DNA of 38,328 bases from a virus. This document shows positions 28,068 to 37,070 of this stretch, in pieces (position 1 is the stretch's first letter; each line of letters begins with the position of its first letter). The stretch lies in IMG/VR virus record IMGVR_UViG_3300045988_083892, positions 1 through 38,328 of that record, one strand, 5' to 3'. A model generated the notes under the pieces. The model made no database searches. It saw only the letters and a program-made list of their open reading frames with translations, and was not told the origin of the DNA. The position numbers and the translations under genes are program-made.

Positions 28068-30068
28068 ATGGCAGGGTACTACGATAAAAACAAGGACTAC
28101 TCCAAGGAACTTCAGCGGACGGACCTGTCTGCCTCCGAGCGGGACCGGCTGACCCAGGAGCGGCAGAATAAGATCGACGATAAGTACGGCGGCAGAGAGC
28201 CGAACATGATCGGCTCCGACAAGACGTATTCTCAGACCTACGGCGGGTCCAGCAACCGGGGGAACAGCGGAAGTTCCGGCGGCAGCTCTCAGGGGACCTT
28301 TGGAGGGTATACCTACGACCGCAAGGACAATGGCGGCGGCATCTACGGGACGCCCACCAGCAATTCCGAGGTAAAGAACTACAAGCAAAACGGCGTATCG
28401 TACCGGGTCGGCGCGGACATGAGCCGCCGCGAAGATCTGGCGAACCGGTATCAGGTGTCCAACGGCTATACCGTGTTCTATGACGATAACGGCTATGCCT
28501 ACAAGGCGGTGAAGGGCGCGGCGGACTACACCCCCCATCAGGACATCAACGCCGGGAACGGCAGCTATGGAAAGAGCGGTGCGTGGACGGACAACGAAAT
28601 GATGTCCGCACTGGACCGCTCCAAGATCACGGACATCCGCAACCGGCTACAGCGGGGCGAGATCACCGGCGATCAGGCGAACCAGGCGGCAAACGCCATC
28701 CGTGCCGGATATGGCTACACCATCGACAAGAACGGCTATGTGACAGACAGCGGCGCTCTCGCCGGCGTAAATGACCTGCGCAGGCGGCTGGGGCTTTCCA
28801 CCGGCCCAGAGAGTGCAGAGCTTGACTATTATCGGTATCTCATGGGGACGGACACCTCCCCCGCCGCACAGGCCAGCGGCAAGGTGCAGTCTTTCGGGGA
28901 CTATCTGGCGGCAAATGGCGGCGTGCAGGCTGGGACCTCCGGCTATGGCACACCGGCGTACAGCCAGCAGCGGGTCACGGACATCAATGCAGGGAGCGTG
29001 CCGACGCAGAACTCCGGCGCCGCGCAGACCGGCGTGAGCTTTGACATTGGGGACGGCAGCGACTACTTAAAAGAGCTGTACGCCAAGAAGGTGGCGGCGG
29101 AGCTGGCGGCGCTGAAATCCGCTTACGAGCAGAACACCGCCACACTGGACGCCAGCCGTGCGCAGATCGCGCCGGTGTACGACATTGCCCGGAACAGTGC
29201 GGCCAACCAGAACGCCTTGAGCCGGGGCAGATTTCAGGAGATGGCGGTGGCAAACGGCCTGAACACCGGCACCACCGGACAAGCGGCGCTGGCACAGGAC
29301 GTTGTGCTCCAGCAGAACCTATCCCAGATCGACCGGGAGCAGGCGGAAAAGACGGCGGCTATCGACCTCCAGCGGAGCCAGCTTGACACAGAGTACCGAA
29401 ACGCCATTGCCAAGGCAGAGGCCACGGGAGACGCGGAGCTGGCAAACGCCCTGTATGATGAATACGTCCGGCAACAGAACTTCTACGCCAAGTACGGCGG
29501 GCAGACCGGCGGCTCCGGCTCCGGTTCTTCCGGCGGCAGCGCCGTAGTAAAGCCGACGCTGACTGCCAGTCAGGTACAGTCCGCGCTGAAAAACGGCATC
29601 GTGACGGATGACGTGATCTCCGCTTTCGATTACTACTACGGGCAGGGGGCCTACGATTCTCTGTACGGCACCGGCAAGCTGACCTCCGGCGGGTCCTCCA
29701 GCGGCTCCACCTCCGGGGCCAAGAAGGGCAGCTACTCCAACGGCTCCCTGACCAATCAGCAGGTGAAGCAGCTCCAGAAATACTACGGCGTGTCTCAGGA
29801 CGGCAAGTGGGGGGCCAACTCAAAGAAGGCCGCAGGCGGCCTGACGGCTGATAAGGCATGGGCGAAGTATCAGGGGAGCAGCGGAAGCAGCACCGGCAGC
29901 ATGACGCAGGGCGCTTTCATAGCGTCGGCCACCAGCCTGAACACGGATCTGAGTAACGGCAATGTGGACCGGGCATACAACTGGCTTACCAAGAACTATG
30001 GAAAGCTCTCCGCCAGCCAGAAGCAGGAGGTCCAGAACCTGCTGGCACAGTACGGGATTTCTTACTGA
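28068..30068 (+). CDS. 666-aa virion-associated / ejection-type protein candidate with Gly/Ser linkers and a peptidoglycan-binding-like repeat
   Basis: AAGGAGGG RBS. It has GS-rich linkers and VKQLQKYYGVSQDGKWGANSKKAAGGL (about 29748..29870), which resembles PG_binding_1 (lQ..LG...DG.fG..T). It lies downstream of the lysis genes. Confidence 0.6.
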   Translation: MAGYYDKNKDYSKELQRTDLSASERDRLTQERQNKIDDKYGGREPNMIGSDKTYSQTYGGSSNRGNSGSSGGSSQGTFGGYTYDRKDNGGGIYGTPTSNSEVKNYKQNGVSYRVGADMSRREDLANRYQVSNGYTVFYDDNGYAYKAVKGAADYTPHQDINAGNGSYGKSGAWTDNEMMSALDRSKITDIRNRLQRGEITGDQANQAANAIRAGYGYTIDKNGYVTDSGALAGVNDLRRRLGLSTGPESAELDYYRYLMGTDTSPAAQASGKVQSFGDYLAANGGVQAGTSGYGTPAYSQQRVTDINAGSVPTQNSGAAQTGVSFDIGDGSDYLKELYAKKVAAELAALKSAYEQNTATLDASRAQIAPVYDIARNSAANQNALSRGRFQEMAVANGLNTGTTGQAALAQDVVLQQNLSQIDREQAEKTAAIDLQRSQLDTEYRNAIAKAEATGDAELANALYDEYVRQQNFYAKYGGQTGGSGSGSSGGSAVVKPTLTASQVQSALKNGIVTDDVISAFDYYYGQGAYDSLYGTGKLTSGGSSSGSTSGAKKGSYSNGSLTNQQVKQLQKYYGVSQDGKWGANSKKAAGGLTADKAWAKYQGSSGSSTGSMTQGAFIASATSLNTDLSNGNVDRAYNWLTKNYGKLSASQKQEVQNLLAQYGISY

Positions 30069-30081
30069 GAGGTGCACCAGT

Positions 30082-33000
30082 ATGGCAAAAACACTAAGCG
30101 GATTTAAGGTAATTGGCGATACCTCCAAAATCGGAGCAGGCAGCAAAAAAGGAAGCGCGGGGCAGACAAGCCCCACGCCTTCTTCCAATGGGAGCAGCCG
30201 GACGCTTGGAGGCTTCAAGGTCATTGGCGACACCTCGAAAATCGGGGCAAAGGCCACCGCAAAGACCACACAGCAGACCGGCGCACAGAGCGCCACCCTT
30301 ACTCAAAGCACCACCCGCTACCCGCAGCCCATGGACAATGTAGGGAGGCAAACAGGGACCAACAGCCGCTTGCTTGCGGACACGAAGCAAAGCGGGACAC
30401 TCATCCCATTTCTTGATAACGGGCGCGTGGGGAAGGTAATCTCCGGTGCAGCGAAGTCCACCGGCTCCGCCTACGCAAATCTGGGCGGCGTGCTGGCGGA
30501 GGGGGCCGGGAAGCTGAATACCCGGATCGCCAACCAGAACGCCGGGGCTTCCCTGCAAAGCGACCATGACGCGGTGGAGCGGTACGAGAAGATGCTCCGG
30601 GACGTGAAGTGGGCCAACGGCAAGGCCATGACGGCGGCGGACGTGAAGCAGGTGCAGGGCTACCTTTCTGCCGCAAAACGCCGCATCGCGTCCCACGAAG
30701 GCTATACCAAGGCGGTGGAGCGGTCCGACAAGGCAGTGGCGGACAAGGCATATCAGAAGGCGGACCGTCTGTCCCAAAGCTCCGCAGAGGACGTGGCACA
30801 GGCCAAGGAAGGGCTGGGTCCGGTGGGCCAGTTCGCCGTGGATCTGGGCGTTCAGGGCGTGCAGATGGCGGGGGACGTGGCGGCCAGCGCCGTGATCCCC
30901 GGAGCCGGTCTCGCTCTGATGACGGCCCGGTCTGCCGGAAGCAGCGCCCAACAGGCCAGACAGGCCGGGGCCAGCTATGACCAGCAGCTTGCCTACGGAC
31001 TGGGCAGCGGCGCGCTGAGCCTTGCCACGGAGAAGATCAGCAACGTGGCAGACCCCTTCAAGAAGGCGTTTGGCGGCGGCGTTCTGGACAAGGCCATCAG
31101 CGGTGCGCTTGCCAAAATGAATAACAGCGCGGCGGGCCGTGTAGCCCTCTCCATGATCTCCGAGGGCGGTGAGGAATTTATCGAAGATATTTTCCAGCCC
31201 GTCTTGCAGCGGGCCACCTATGACCCCTCTGCCCGGTTCGATCTGAGCGAGGCGCTGTATGACGCGGCGGTGGGTGCTGCCATGGGCGGCATCGGCGCAG
31301 GCGTTGACGTTATCCGACAGCGTGGAAGCAGTCAGGCGGACGCACAGCCTACGCAGGAGGCACGCCCAGAGGTGCGGGAGGGTATTGATACCCCCACCCC
31401 CGCAAACGCCGCAGAGGGCACGCAAAACGCCGCCTCCGGGGTGGAAGCGGCGGAGAATATTCGGGTGGGTCAGGCGACTACCATCAAGAAGCCTTACAAG
31501 GGCGAAGTGCCTACCCAGGCCCAGCGGCAAAACACAGCACCGGTGCAGGTGAGCAGCGAAGCCCTGACCCGAGCGCAGAACAGTATTGCCGGGGCGCGGG
31601 GGCTGGAATTTTCCCTTCCGGGACAGAGCTTTAAGAGTACGCTGAAGAACGTCTACAAGAGCATCTTCAAGCCTGCAAAGGGCGTTGTTGTAGAGGGAAC
31701 CTCTTTCGGCGGACAGCCCTACGCGGTAGACATCAATAACAACGTGCCCGGAAAGGTTATCAGTGACCCAAATTTGACAGCCGAAAAGCTGTCCGTATTG
31801 GGAAACTTGACGGAAATCGTGCAAAATGGGGAGTATGTTGGCAGCGGTGAATATGTTCCCCACGGGGCAAAGACCAAGAAGACTGTTCGTTACGATTATT
31901 TTGAAACCCCCGTTGAAATCAATGGCAAACAATATATTGCCTCGTTTGATGTGGAAGTTGAACCAAATGTCAACAACTATCGGACGCATAAGCTAATAAA
32001 AATGGACTTGAATGAAGTTTCCGGCCCTGACGTAGGTCCAGCACCTACCGCGACGGAAACTCATTCAAGCCCTGTTGAGGGTACGCGTCCCCTCAATGCT
32101 AATGATAGCATAGCACAAGGGGCGGAAAATGTCAAGAACGGGGGAAGCCGGGACATTCTCTCTGAAATCCTGTTTGGGAAGAATCGGGCGGATATGGACG
32201 TCCTGACGCCAGAGCAGCAAAACGCCATATATCAGGCAAATGAAGCCGGAACCGTTGGCATGGACGCCACCGGCAAGGTGTTCCAGATCGACCCGGAGCA
32301 GCATATCGACCGGCGGCGGATGGAGACGGTGGGCGGCAGAGACGTAAACGCCTTCCAGTTCGACCACCCGGAGCTGCATCACTATTATCAGGAAGCGGCC
32401 AACGCCCTGATCGCGGATGCGGACCTCTCCCTCCAGCAGCCCATGAGCCGCCGTTATGAGCGAACCATGGAGGGTAACACCGTTCAGCAGGCGGCGCAGA
32501 CCTCGCCACACCTGCGTCAGGCCATGGATGAAACCGGGCTTTCCCGTGACGCCATTATCGACGCAGCCCAGCGGATCATCACCGATCAGGGGCAGGAGAA
32601 TGTGGCGGCGGCCAAGCGGGTGGAGCTGATTCTGGATGATATGCTCTCCCACGGCTACACCACCATGACCGGCGAACAGGTAGGGCCCAACAGCGGGTAT
32701 CTAACCGCCAAGCAGGGCATTTTGGGGGCCGGAGAGGTGGAGGCCAGAGGTCATGGGCTGGATGGGATTGACGGATTTGACGGTCTTGGCAACGCAGACG
32801 CCGGGACGGTGAACACCGACTTTGACCGGATGCAGGCCCGGAGCGAGGAGTTCCACCCGGTCAATCCAAACAGTGCGGAGCGGGTGCAGAATGACCAGCG
32901 CCGCGCCCCTTCCGAAGTCCCCGTTGTGAACCCTGACACCGGGCGGAACGTGGAGAAAACGGTCTCCACCATTCTCAATAGCCCCTTGACCTCCCCGGAG

Positions 33001-35625
33001 ATGGCGACCGTGTATGAAAACGCCATTGCCGGCGGCGCGTTCGACTATGACGTGGTGACGGACCGGAGCGCCGTGCAGCAGGCGCAGGCCAAGATCGCGC
33101 GGGACGGCTGGCGTGAGGTGGCGAACAGCTTCATTGCCAAGGCGGAGCTGGGACAGCGGATCACCAAGGCGGACACCGCCGAGGCTATCAGCGCCTACAA
33201 CCTTGCCATTTCCGAAGGAGACCACAAGGCCGCCTTTGAGCTGGCAACGGCCATTGCGGACGCGGCTCACGACAGCGCACAGATGGTGCAGGCCATGAAC
33301 CTGATGAACCGGTTGACGCCGGAGGGCCGTCTGCTGACGCTGCGGCGGCTGGTAGACAAAATGAATGACCGGGCGGCACGGCAGAACCGGGCACCCCGGC
33401 AGAACACCGCCGACAGCGGAGACGTGGAAGGCGCACGGGTGGACTACATTGACAAGGTGACGGGCTTCACCCTCTCTGACGAGCTGGCCACCAACTACCT
33501 GATGGCAGAGACGGACGCGGAGCGGGCGGCGGCGTGGGACGCCATCACAACGTCCATTGCAGACCAGATCCCCAGCACGTTCCGGGAGAAGGCCAATTTC
33601 TGGCGGTACACCTCCATGCTGACCAACCCCACCACCCACATCCGCAACATCATGGGCAACGCCATTCAGATGGGTGCGCGGAAGATCAAGGACGGTATCG
33701 GAACCGCAATCGAGCGGGCGGTCATCAAGGATCAGAGCCAGCGGACAAAGGCCGTGAATGTTGACAAGGATCTGAAAGCCTTTGCCAAGGGCCAGTATGA
33801 GACGGACCAGAGCGCGGCTATGGGCAGCGGGAAGTATTCTGACGCTACGGCGGCAGGCATTAAGCGGGAGATCCAGAGCAAACGGAAAATGTTCAAGGGG
33901 GAGGATGTTCTCTCCCGCGCCGTACAGGGCATTGGAGACCTGAACAGCCGCGCCCTTGACTATGAGGACGTGATCTTCAACCGCGCGGCCTATGTGGACA
34001 GCTTCGCCCAAGCACTGCAAGCCAAGGGCGTGACGGCGGCAGAGGCCCACGCGGGCACCAGACCCGCAGACGTAGAGGCGGCACGGGCCTACGCCATTGA
34101 GGAAGCGCAGAAGGCCACTTACCGCAACACCACGGCGCTTTCCGAGGCGCTGTCTCAGTTTGGCCGCTATGAGGGGGATAACCCGGTAAAACGGGCAGGT
34201 TCCTTCGTGGCGGACGCCCTGTTCCCCTTTCGCAAGACCCCGGCCAATATCCTGACCACGGGCCTTGATTACAGCCCTGTTGGCATCGCAAAGAGTGTGA
34301 AGGAAGCTCTGTGGGATGTGCGGAGAGGCAACTGCACGGCGGCGGACGCCGTGGATTCCCTTGCATCCGGCCTCACCGGAACCGGCATTTTCGCGCTGGG
34401 CGCTTATCTGGCGGCGGAGGGTCTGCTCCACGTCCGGGCCGGTGACGATGACAAGGAAGAAGCCTTTGAGAAGTCCATGGGGGGGCAGGATTATGCCATC
34501 CAGATCGGGGACAAGTCCTACACGCTGGACTGGGCGCTTCCTGCGGCAATGCCCCTGTTTGCGGGCGCTGCCACCGAAAAATCCCATGAAAAGGGCGGCA
34601 GCACCTTCGACGCGCTGGTGGATTCTCTGCTGGGGATGCAGGACGTTGTGCTGGAAACCTCCATGCTGTCCTCCCTGAATGACCTGATCTCCTATTGGAG
34701 CTACGCCGACAACAAGGTTGGCTATCTGCTTGACCGGGCGGCCAGTAGCTATGCCGGACAGTATATCCCCGCCGCCGGCAGCAAGGTTGCCTCCGTATTT
34801 GATAATACGGTGCGGAAAAGCTATGTGGAGAAGGGCTCCGGGCAGGTCGCCTCTGACGTGAACTATTTCTTGCAGGGGGCGGCGAAGAAGGTCCCCGGCG
34901 CACGGAATCAGCTTCAGCCCATGGTGGATATGTGGGGCAACGAGGTCTCCAACGGCTCCGCACCGGAGCGGGTGTTCCAGTCTTTCTTCTCCCCCGGCTT
35001 CCTGAAGGCGCAGGACAACAGCCCCGCCACGCAGGAGATCCGGCGGCTGGCGAAGGCCACCGGAGACAGCACCGTTTATCCGGCGGCGGCGGAGAAGACC
35101 TATACGGTGAAGGGTGAGACCCGGACCCTGACCGGCGAGGAATACACCCGGTACGCCAAGGCCATGGGCCAGACGCGGAAGGAACTGGTGGAAACGGCGG
35201 TGAAGCTGCCCGCCTACAAGTCCATGAGCGACAGCGAAAAGGCGGACTACATCCAGAACGTCTACAAGTACGCCAGAGAAACGGCCCGTCAGCAGGTGGA
35301 CCCCAAGTATGAGCCAAGCGCTGCATGGATCAAAAACGCGCAGACGGCCAAGCGGGACATCGGCGTATCCACCGGGGAATTTCTGGCCCTGTACCAGAAG
35401 TACGGCAGCGGCAAAATGAGCGGCGCAGCCTACGAGAAAGTGAAGCAGGCGCATGATTCCGGTCTTTCCCCCAAGGAATATTTCTCCCTGAAGGACAGGG
35501 CCGACGCGGACGGAAACGGCAGGGTCAGCAAGGCGGAGGCCAGCGCCGCCCTTGCCGGTCAGGAGCACCGGGCGGATCTGTGGGACATTATCTGCACCAC
35601 CAACGCCAAGAACCCCTATAAGTAA
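30082..35625 (+). CDS. 1847-aa giant multi-domain virion / polyvalent-type protein
   Basis: Start set to ATG 30082 behind GAGAGGTG. It has a duplicated N-terminal 16-aa motif, Ala/Gly-rich hydrophobic stretches, a low-GC internal cassette, a long conserved-looking C-terminal region (FWRYTSMLTNPTTHIRN, FPFRKTPANIL), and a C-terminal EF-hand-like loop. Confidence 0.8.
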   Translation: MAKTLSGFKVIGDTSKIGAGSKKGSAGQTSPTPSSNGSSRTLGGFKVIGDTSKIGAKATAKTTQQTGAQSATLTQSTTRYPQPMDNVGRQTGTNSRLLADTKQSGTLIPFLDNGRVGKVISGAAKSTGSAYANLGGVLAEGAGKLNTRIANQNAGASLQSDHDAVERYEKMLRDVKWANGKAMTAADVKQVQGYLSAAKRRIASHEGYTKAVERSDKAVADKAYQKADRLSQSSAEDVAQAKEGLGPVGQFAVDLGVQGVQMAGDVAASAVIPGAGLALMTARSAGSSAQQARQAGASYDQQLAYGLGSGALSLATEKISNVADPFKKAFGGGVLDKAISGALAKMNNSAAGRVALSMISEGGEEFIEDIFQPVLQRATYDPSARFDLSEALYDAAVGAAMGGIGAGVDVIRQRGSSQADAQPTQEARPEVREGIDTPTPANAAEGTQNAASGVEAAENIRVGQATTIKKPYKGEVPTQAQRQNTAPVQVSSEALTRAQNSIAGARGLEFSLPGQSFKSTLKNVYKSIFKPAKGVVVEGTSFGGQPYAVDINNNVPGKVISDPNLTAEKLSVLGNLTEIVQNGEYVGSGEYVPHGAKTKKTVRYDYFETPVEINGKQYIASFDVEVEPNVNNYRTHKLIKMDLNEVSGPDVGPAPTATETHSSPVEGTRPLNANDSIAQGAENVKNGGSRDILSEILFGKNRADMDVLTPEQQNAIYQANEAGTVGMDATGKVFQIDPEQHIDRRRMETVGGRDVNAFQFDHPELHHYYQEAANALIADADLSLQQPMSRRYERTMEGNTVQQAAQTSPHLRQAMDETGLSRDAIIDAAQRIITDQGQENVAAAKRVELILDDMLSHGYTTMTGEQVGPNSGYLTAKQGILGAGEVEARGHGLDGIDGFDGLGNADAGTVNTDFDRMQARSEEFHPVNPNSAERVQNDQRRAPSEVPVVNPDTGRNVEKTVSTILNSPLTSPEMATVYENAIAGGAFDYDVVTDRSAVQQAQAKIARDGWREVANSFIAKAELGQRITKADTAEAISAYNLAISEGDHKAAFELATAIADAAHDSAQMVQAMNLMNRLTPEGRLLTLRRLVDKMNDRAARQNRAPRQNTADSGDVEGARVDYIDKVTGFTLSDELATNYLMAETDAERAAAWDAITTSIADQIPSTFREKANFWRYTSMLTNPTTHIRNIMGNAIQMGARKIKDGIGTAIERAVIKDQSQRTKAVNVDKDLKAFAKGQYETDQSAAMGSGKYSDATAAGIKREIQSKRKMFKGEDVLSRAVQGIGDLNSRALDYEDVIFNRAAYVDSFAQALQAKGVTAAEAHAGTRPADVEAARAYAIEEAQKATYRNTTALSEALSQFGRYEGDNPVKRAGSFVADALFPFRKTPANILTTGLDYSPVGIAKSVKEALWDVRRGNCTAADAVDSLASGLTGTGIFALGAYLAAEGLLHVRAGDDDKEEAFEKSMGGQDYAIQIGDKSYTLDWALPAAMPLFAGAATEKSHEKGGSTFDALVDSLLGMQDVVLETSMLSSLNDLISYWSYADNKVGYLLDRAASSYAGQYIPAAGSKVASVFDNTVRKSYVEKGSGQVASDVNYFLQGAAKKVPGARNQLQPMVDMWGNEVSNGSAPERVFQSFFSPGFLKAQDNSPATQEIRRLAKATGDSTVYPAAAEKTYTVKGETRTLTGEEYTRYAKAMGQTRKELVETAVKLPAYKSMSDSEKADYIQNVYKYARETARQQVDPKYEPSAAWIKNAQTAKRDIGVSTGEFLALYQKYGSGKMSGAAYEKVKQAHDSGLSPKEYFSLKDRADADGNGRVSKAEASAALAGQEHRADLWDIICTTNAKNPYK

Positions 35626-35626
35626 G

Positions 35627-35662
35627 AAAACACCCTCGCCGTCTGGCGGGGGTGTTTTGTTT
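35627..35662. terminator. Bidirectional rho-independent terminator between the convergent late and early arms
   Basis: aaaa ACACCCTCGCC gtct GGCGGGGGTGT tttgtttggttt. Confidence 0.85.
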
Positions 35663-35667
35663 GGTTT

Positions 35668-35967
35668 CTACATCATGGACAGGAGCGTTTTCACATGGGC
35701 GGCGCGGTCCAGCATCCGCTCACGCACCCAGTCCCAGACGGCCTGCTCGGCTTCCGTGGGATGGTGACCGGCGTCCTTCGCCTTTTCGATGTGGCGGGCG
35801 GCCATCTCATAGAGCCGATTGGCATGACCCAGCTCCTGACGGCTGAGGTCGGCGTAAGTGCTGGCGTCCTCCGGGTCCTCGGCGTGCTTGACAGCCTCCC
35901 GGGCGTACTTCTCGGCATCGTCCAGCTCTTCCCGGATGCCTTCGGCAAAGTATCTGATCTCGTACAT
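35668..35967 (-). CDS. Helical hypothetical protein
   Basis: 99-aa ORF, charged and helical (YAREAVKHAEDPEDASTYADLSRQELGHANRLYEMAARH). Confidence 0.7.
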   Translation of the reverse strand: MYEIRYFAEGIREELDDAEKYAREAVKHAEDPEDASTYADLSRQELGHANRLYEMAARHIEKAKDAGHHPTEAEQAVWDWVRERMLDRAAHVKTLLSMM

Positions 35968-35976
35968 ACGATCCTC

Positions 35977-36315
35977 CTAACTCTGCTTGATAAGGGTGTA
36001 GAGCTTGTCCACATCCCCTTCATTCAGCGTGACGTTCCCGATCAGGGGGATATTGGTTGTGACGGGGCCTTTGGCGGCCTCGGTTTTCAGGCAGGCGTAG
36101 ATCTTGTCAATATCTACGTTCCCCGCCTCGTCAAAGACGCCGAGGGCCTTCACGGCGGGATGCTCCCGGAGGGCGGAAAGGCTGGCGTCCAAATTGCCAA
36201 GGGCCATAGCGGCCCCGGCACCGACGGCCCATTTCTGCCAGCCGGTGAGCTTGCCGGTAAATTCCTCATCTACATAGCGGGCAGCGCCCTGCTTGATCTG
36301 TTCTAATGTTACCAT
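35977..36315 (-). CDS. Hypothetical protein
   Basis: Start moved to ATG 36315 behind GGAGGAAT. 112 aa. Confidence 0.7.
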   Translation of the reverse strand: MVTLEQIKQGAARYVDEEFTGKLTGWQKWAVGAGAAMALGNLDASLSALREHPAVKALGVFDEAGNVDIDKIYACLKTEAAKGPVTTNIPLIGNVTLNEGDVDKLYTLIKQS

Positions 36316-36334
36316 ATATTCCTCCAATGACGGG

Positions 36335-36363
36335 AGAGAGGGGCGCTATGCCCCTCTCTTTTT
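36335..36363 (+). terminator. Hairpin with a plus-strand T-run inside a minus-strand gene block
   Basis: agagaggggc gctat gcccctctct tttt: a perfect 10-bp stem. The T-run is on the plus strand only. Confidence 0.45.
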
Positions 36364-36376
36364 CCCTCTTCGTCTC

Positions 36377-36970
36377 TTAGCGACCGCAGTTGCAGTCACA
36401 GGTGGAGACGGGGAGGGGGTTATAGGTGGACTGGGGCGTGGTGCCGGTGCCGGTGGTGATGTCCGCGACCATTTTGGGGTAAAAGGTGGCGTTGGTGTAG
36501 GTGACAATGGTATTGTCAGCGCACTTCCGCTCGTCCCGCTCCCGGGAAATGGCCCCGCACAGCTCGTTCTTGCAGCAGTCCATACGCTCCTGCAACAGCT
36601 GGAAGCTGTCCTTGGTGGCCTGATTGTTGACCGCCTGAGAAGCCAGCGCACCATGCACCTCGCCCAGCTTGCCGTCGATGTACTTGTACATCTCCAACAT
36701 CTTCTGGTCCTGGTAGGTGTTGGCATCCCGCAGGGCAATGTCGCTGCGGAGCTTAGCGTTCTCCTGCACCATGGACAGCTCGTAGCGGTTGACCGTGTGG
36801 TTCTCGCTGCATCCGGCCTCCGCCGCCATACCAGCGGCAAAGGGGATGACGCGATTGCCCAGCAGCATCCCGCCAAGACCGCCCAGAGAGTTCAGGACGC
36901 CCAGAGACAGACCGGCAATGCCGGTGCCGAGAGCAGTGCCCGCGACGCCCTTGCTTGCAAATTCAGCCAT
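36377..36970 (-). CDS. Hypothetical protein: glycine-zipper-like N-terminus, coiled-coil middle, Cys-rich C-terminal tip
   Basis: Start moved to ATG 36970 behind GGAGAAGGAGGAA. The N-terminus has GVAGTALGTGIAGLSLGVLNSLGGLGGMLLG and the C-terminus has STCDCNCGR. Confidence 0.7.
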   Translation of the reverse strand: MAEFASKGVAGTALGTGIAGLSLGVLNSLGGLGGMLLGNRVIPFAAGMAAEAGCSENHTVNRYELSMVQENAKLRSDIALRDANTYQDQKMLEMYKYIDGKLGEVHGALASQAVNNQATKDSFQLLQERMDCCKNELCGAISRERDERKCADNTIVTYTNATFYPKMVADITTGTGTTPQSTYNPLPVSTCDCNCGR

Positions 36971-37020
36971 AGAGAAATTCCTCCTTCTCCAAAAATACAC
37001 CCCCTGTTTCCGCGCGCAAA

Positions 37021-37064
37021 ACAAGCGGTGCTCTATGGTTACCGTACCACAGGACACCGCTTGT
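37021..37064 (-). terminator. Candidate terminator or attenuator after the sigma-r4-like gene
   Basis: A perfect 10-bp stem, acaagcggtg / caccgcttgt, with a 24-nt loop. On the minus strand it is followed by TTTG, a short U-run. Confidence 0.4.
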
Positions 37065-37070
37065 CATGGC

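Noticed and set aside
32701-35568. 955-aa ORF antisense to the 3' half of the giant gene.
   Set aside because: Same reasoning: no RBS, low-complexity composition, and it lies entirely within a well-supported sense ORF.
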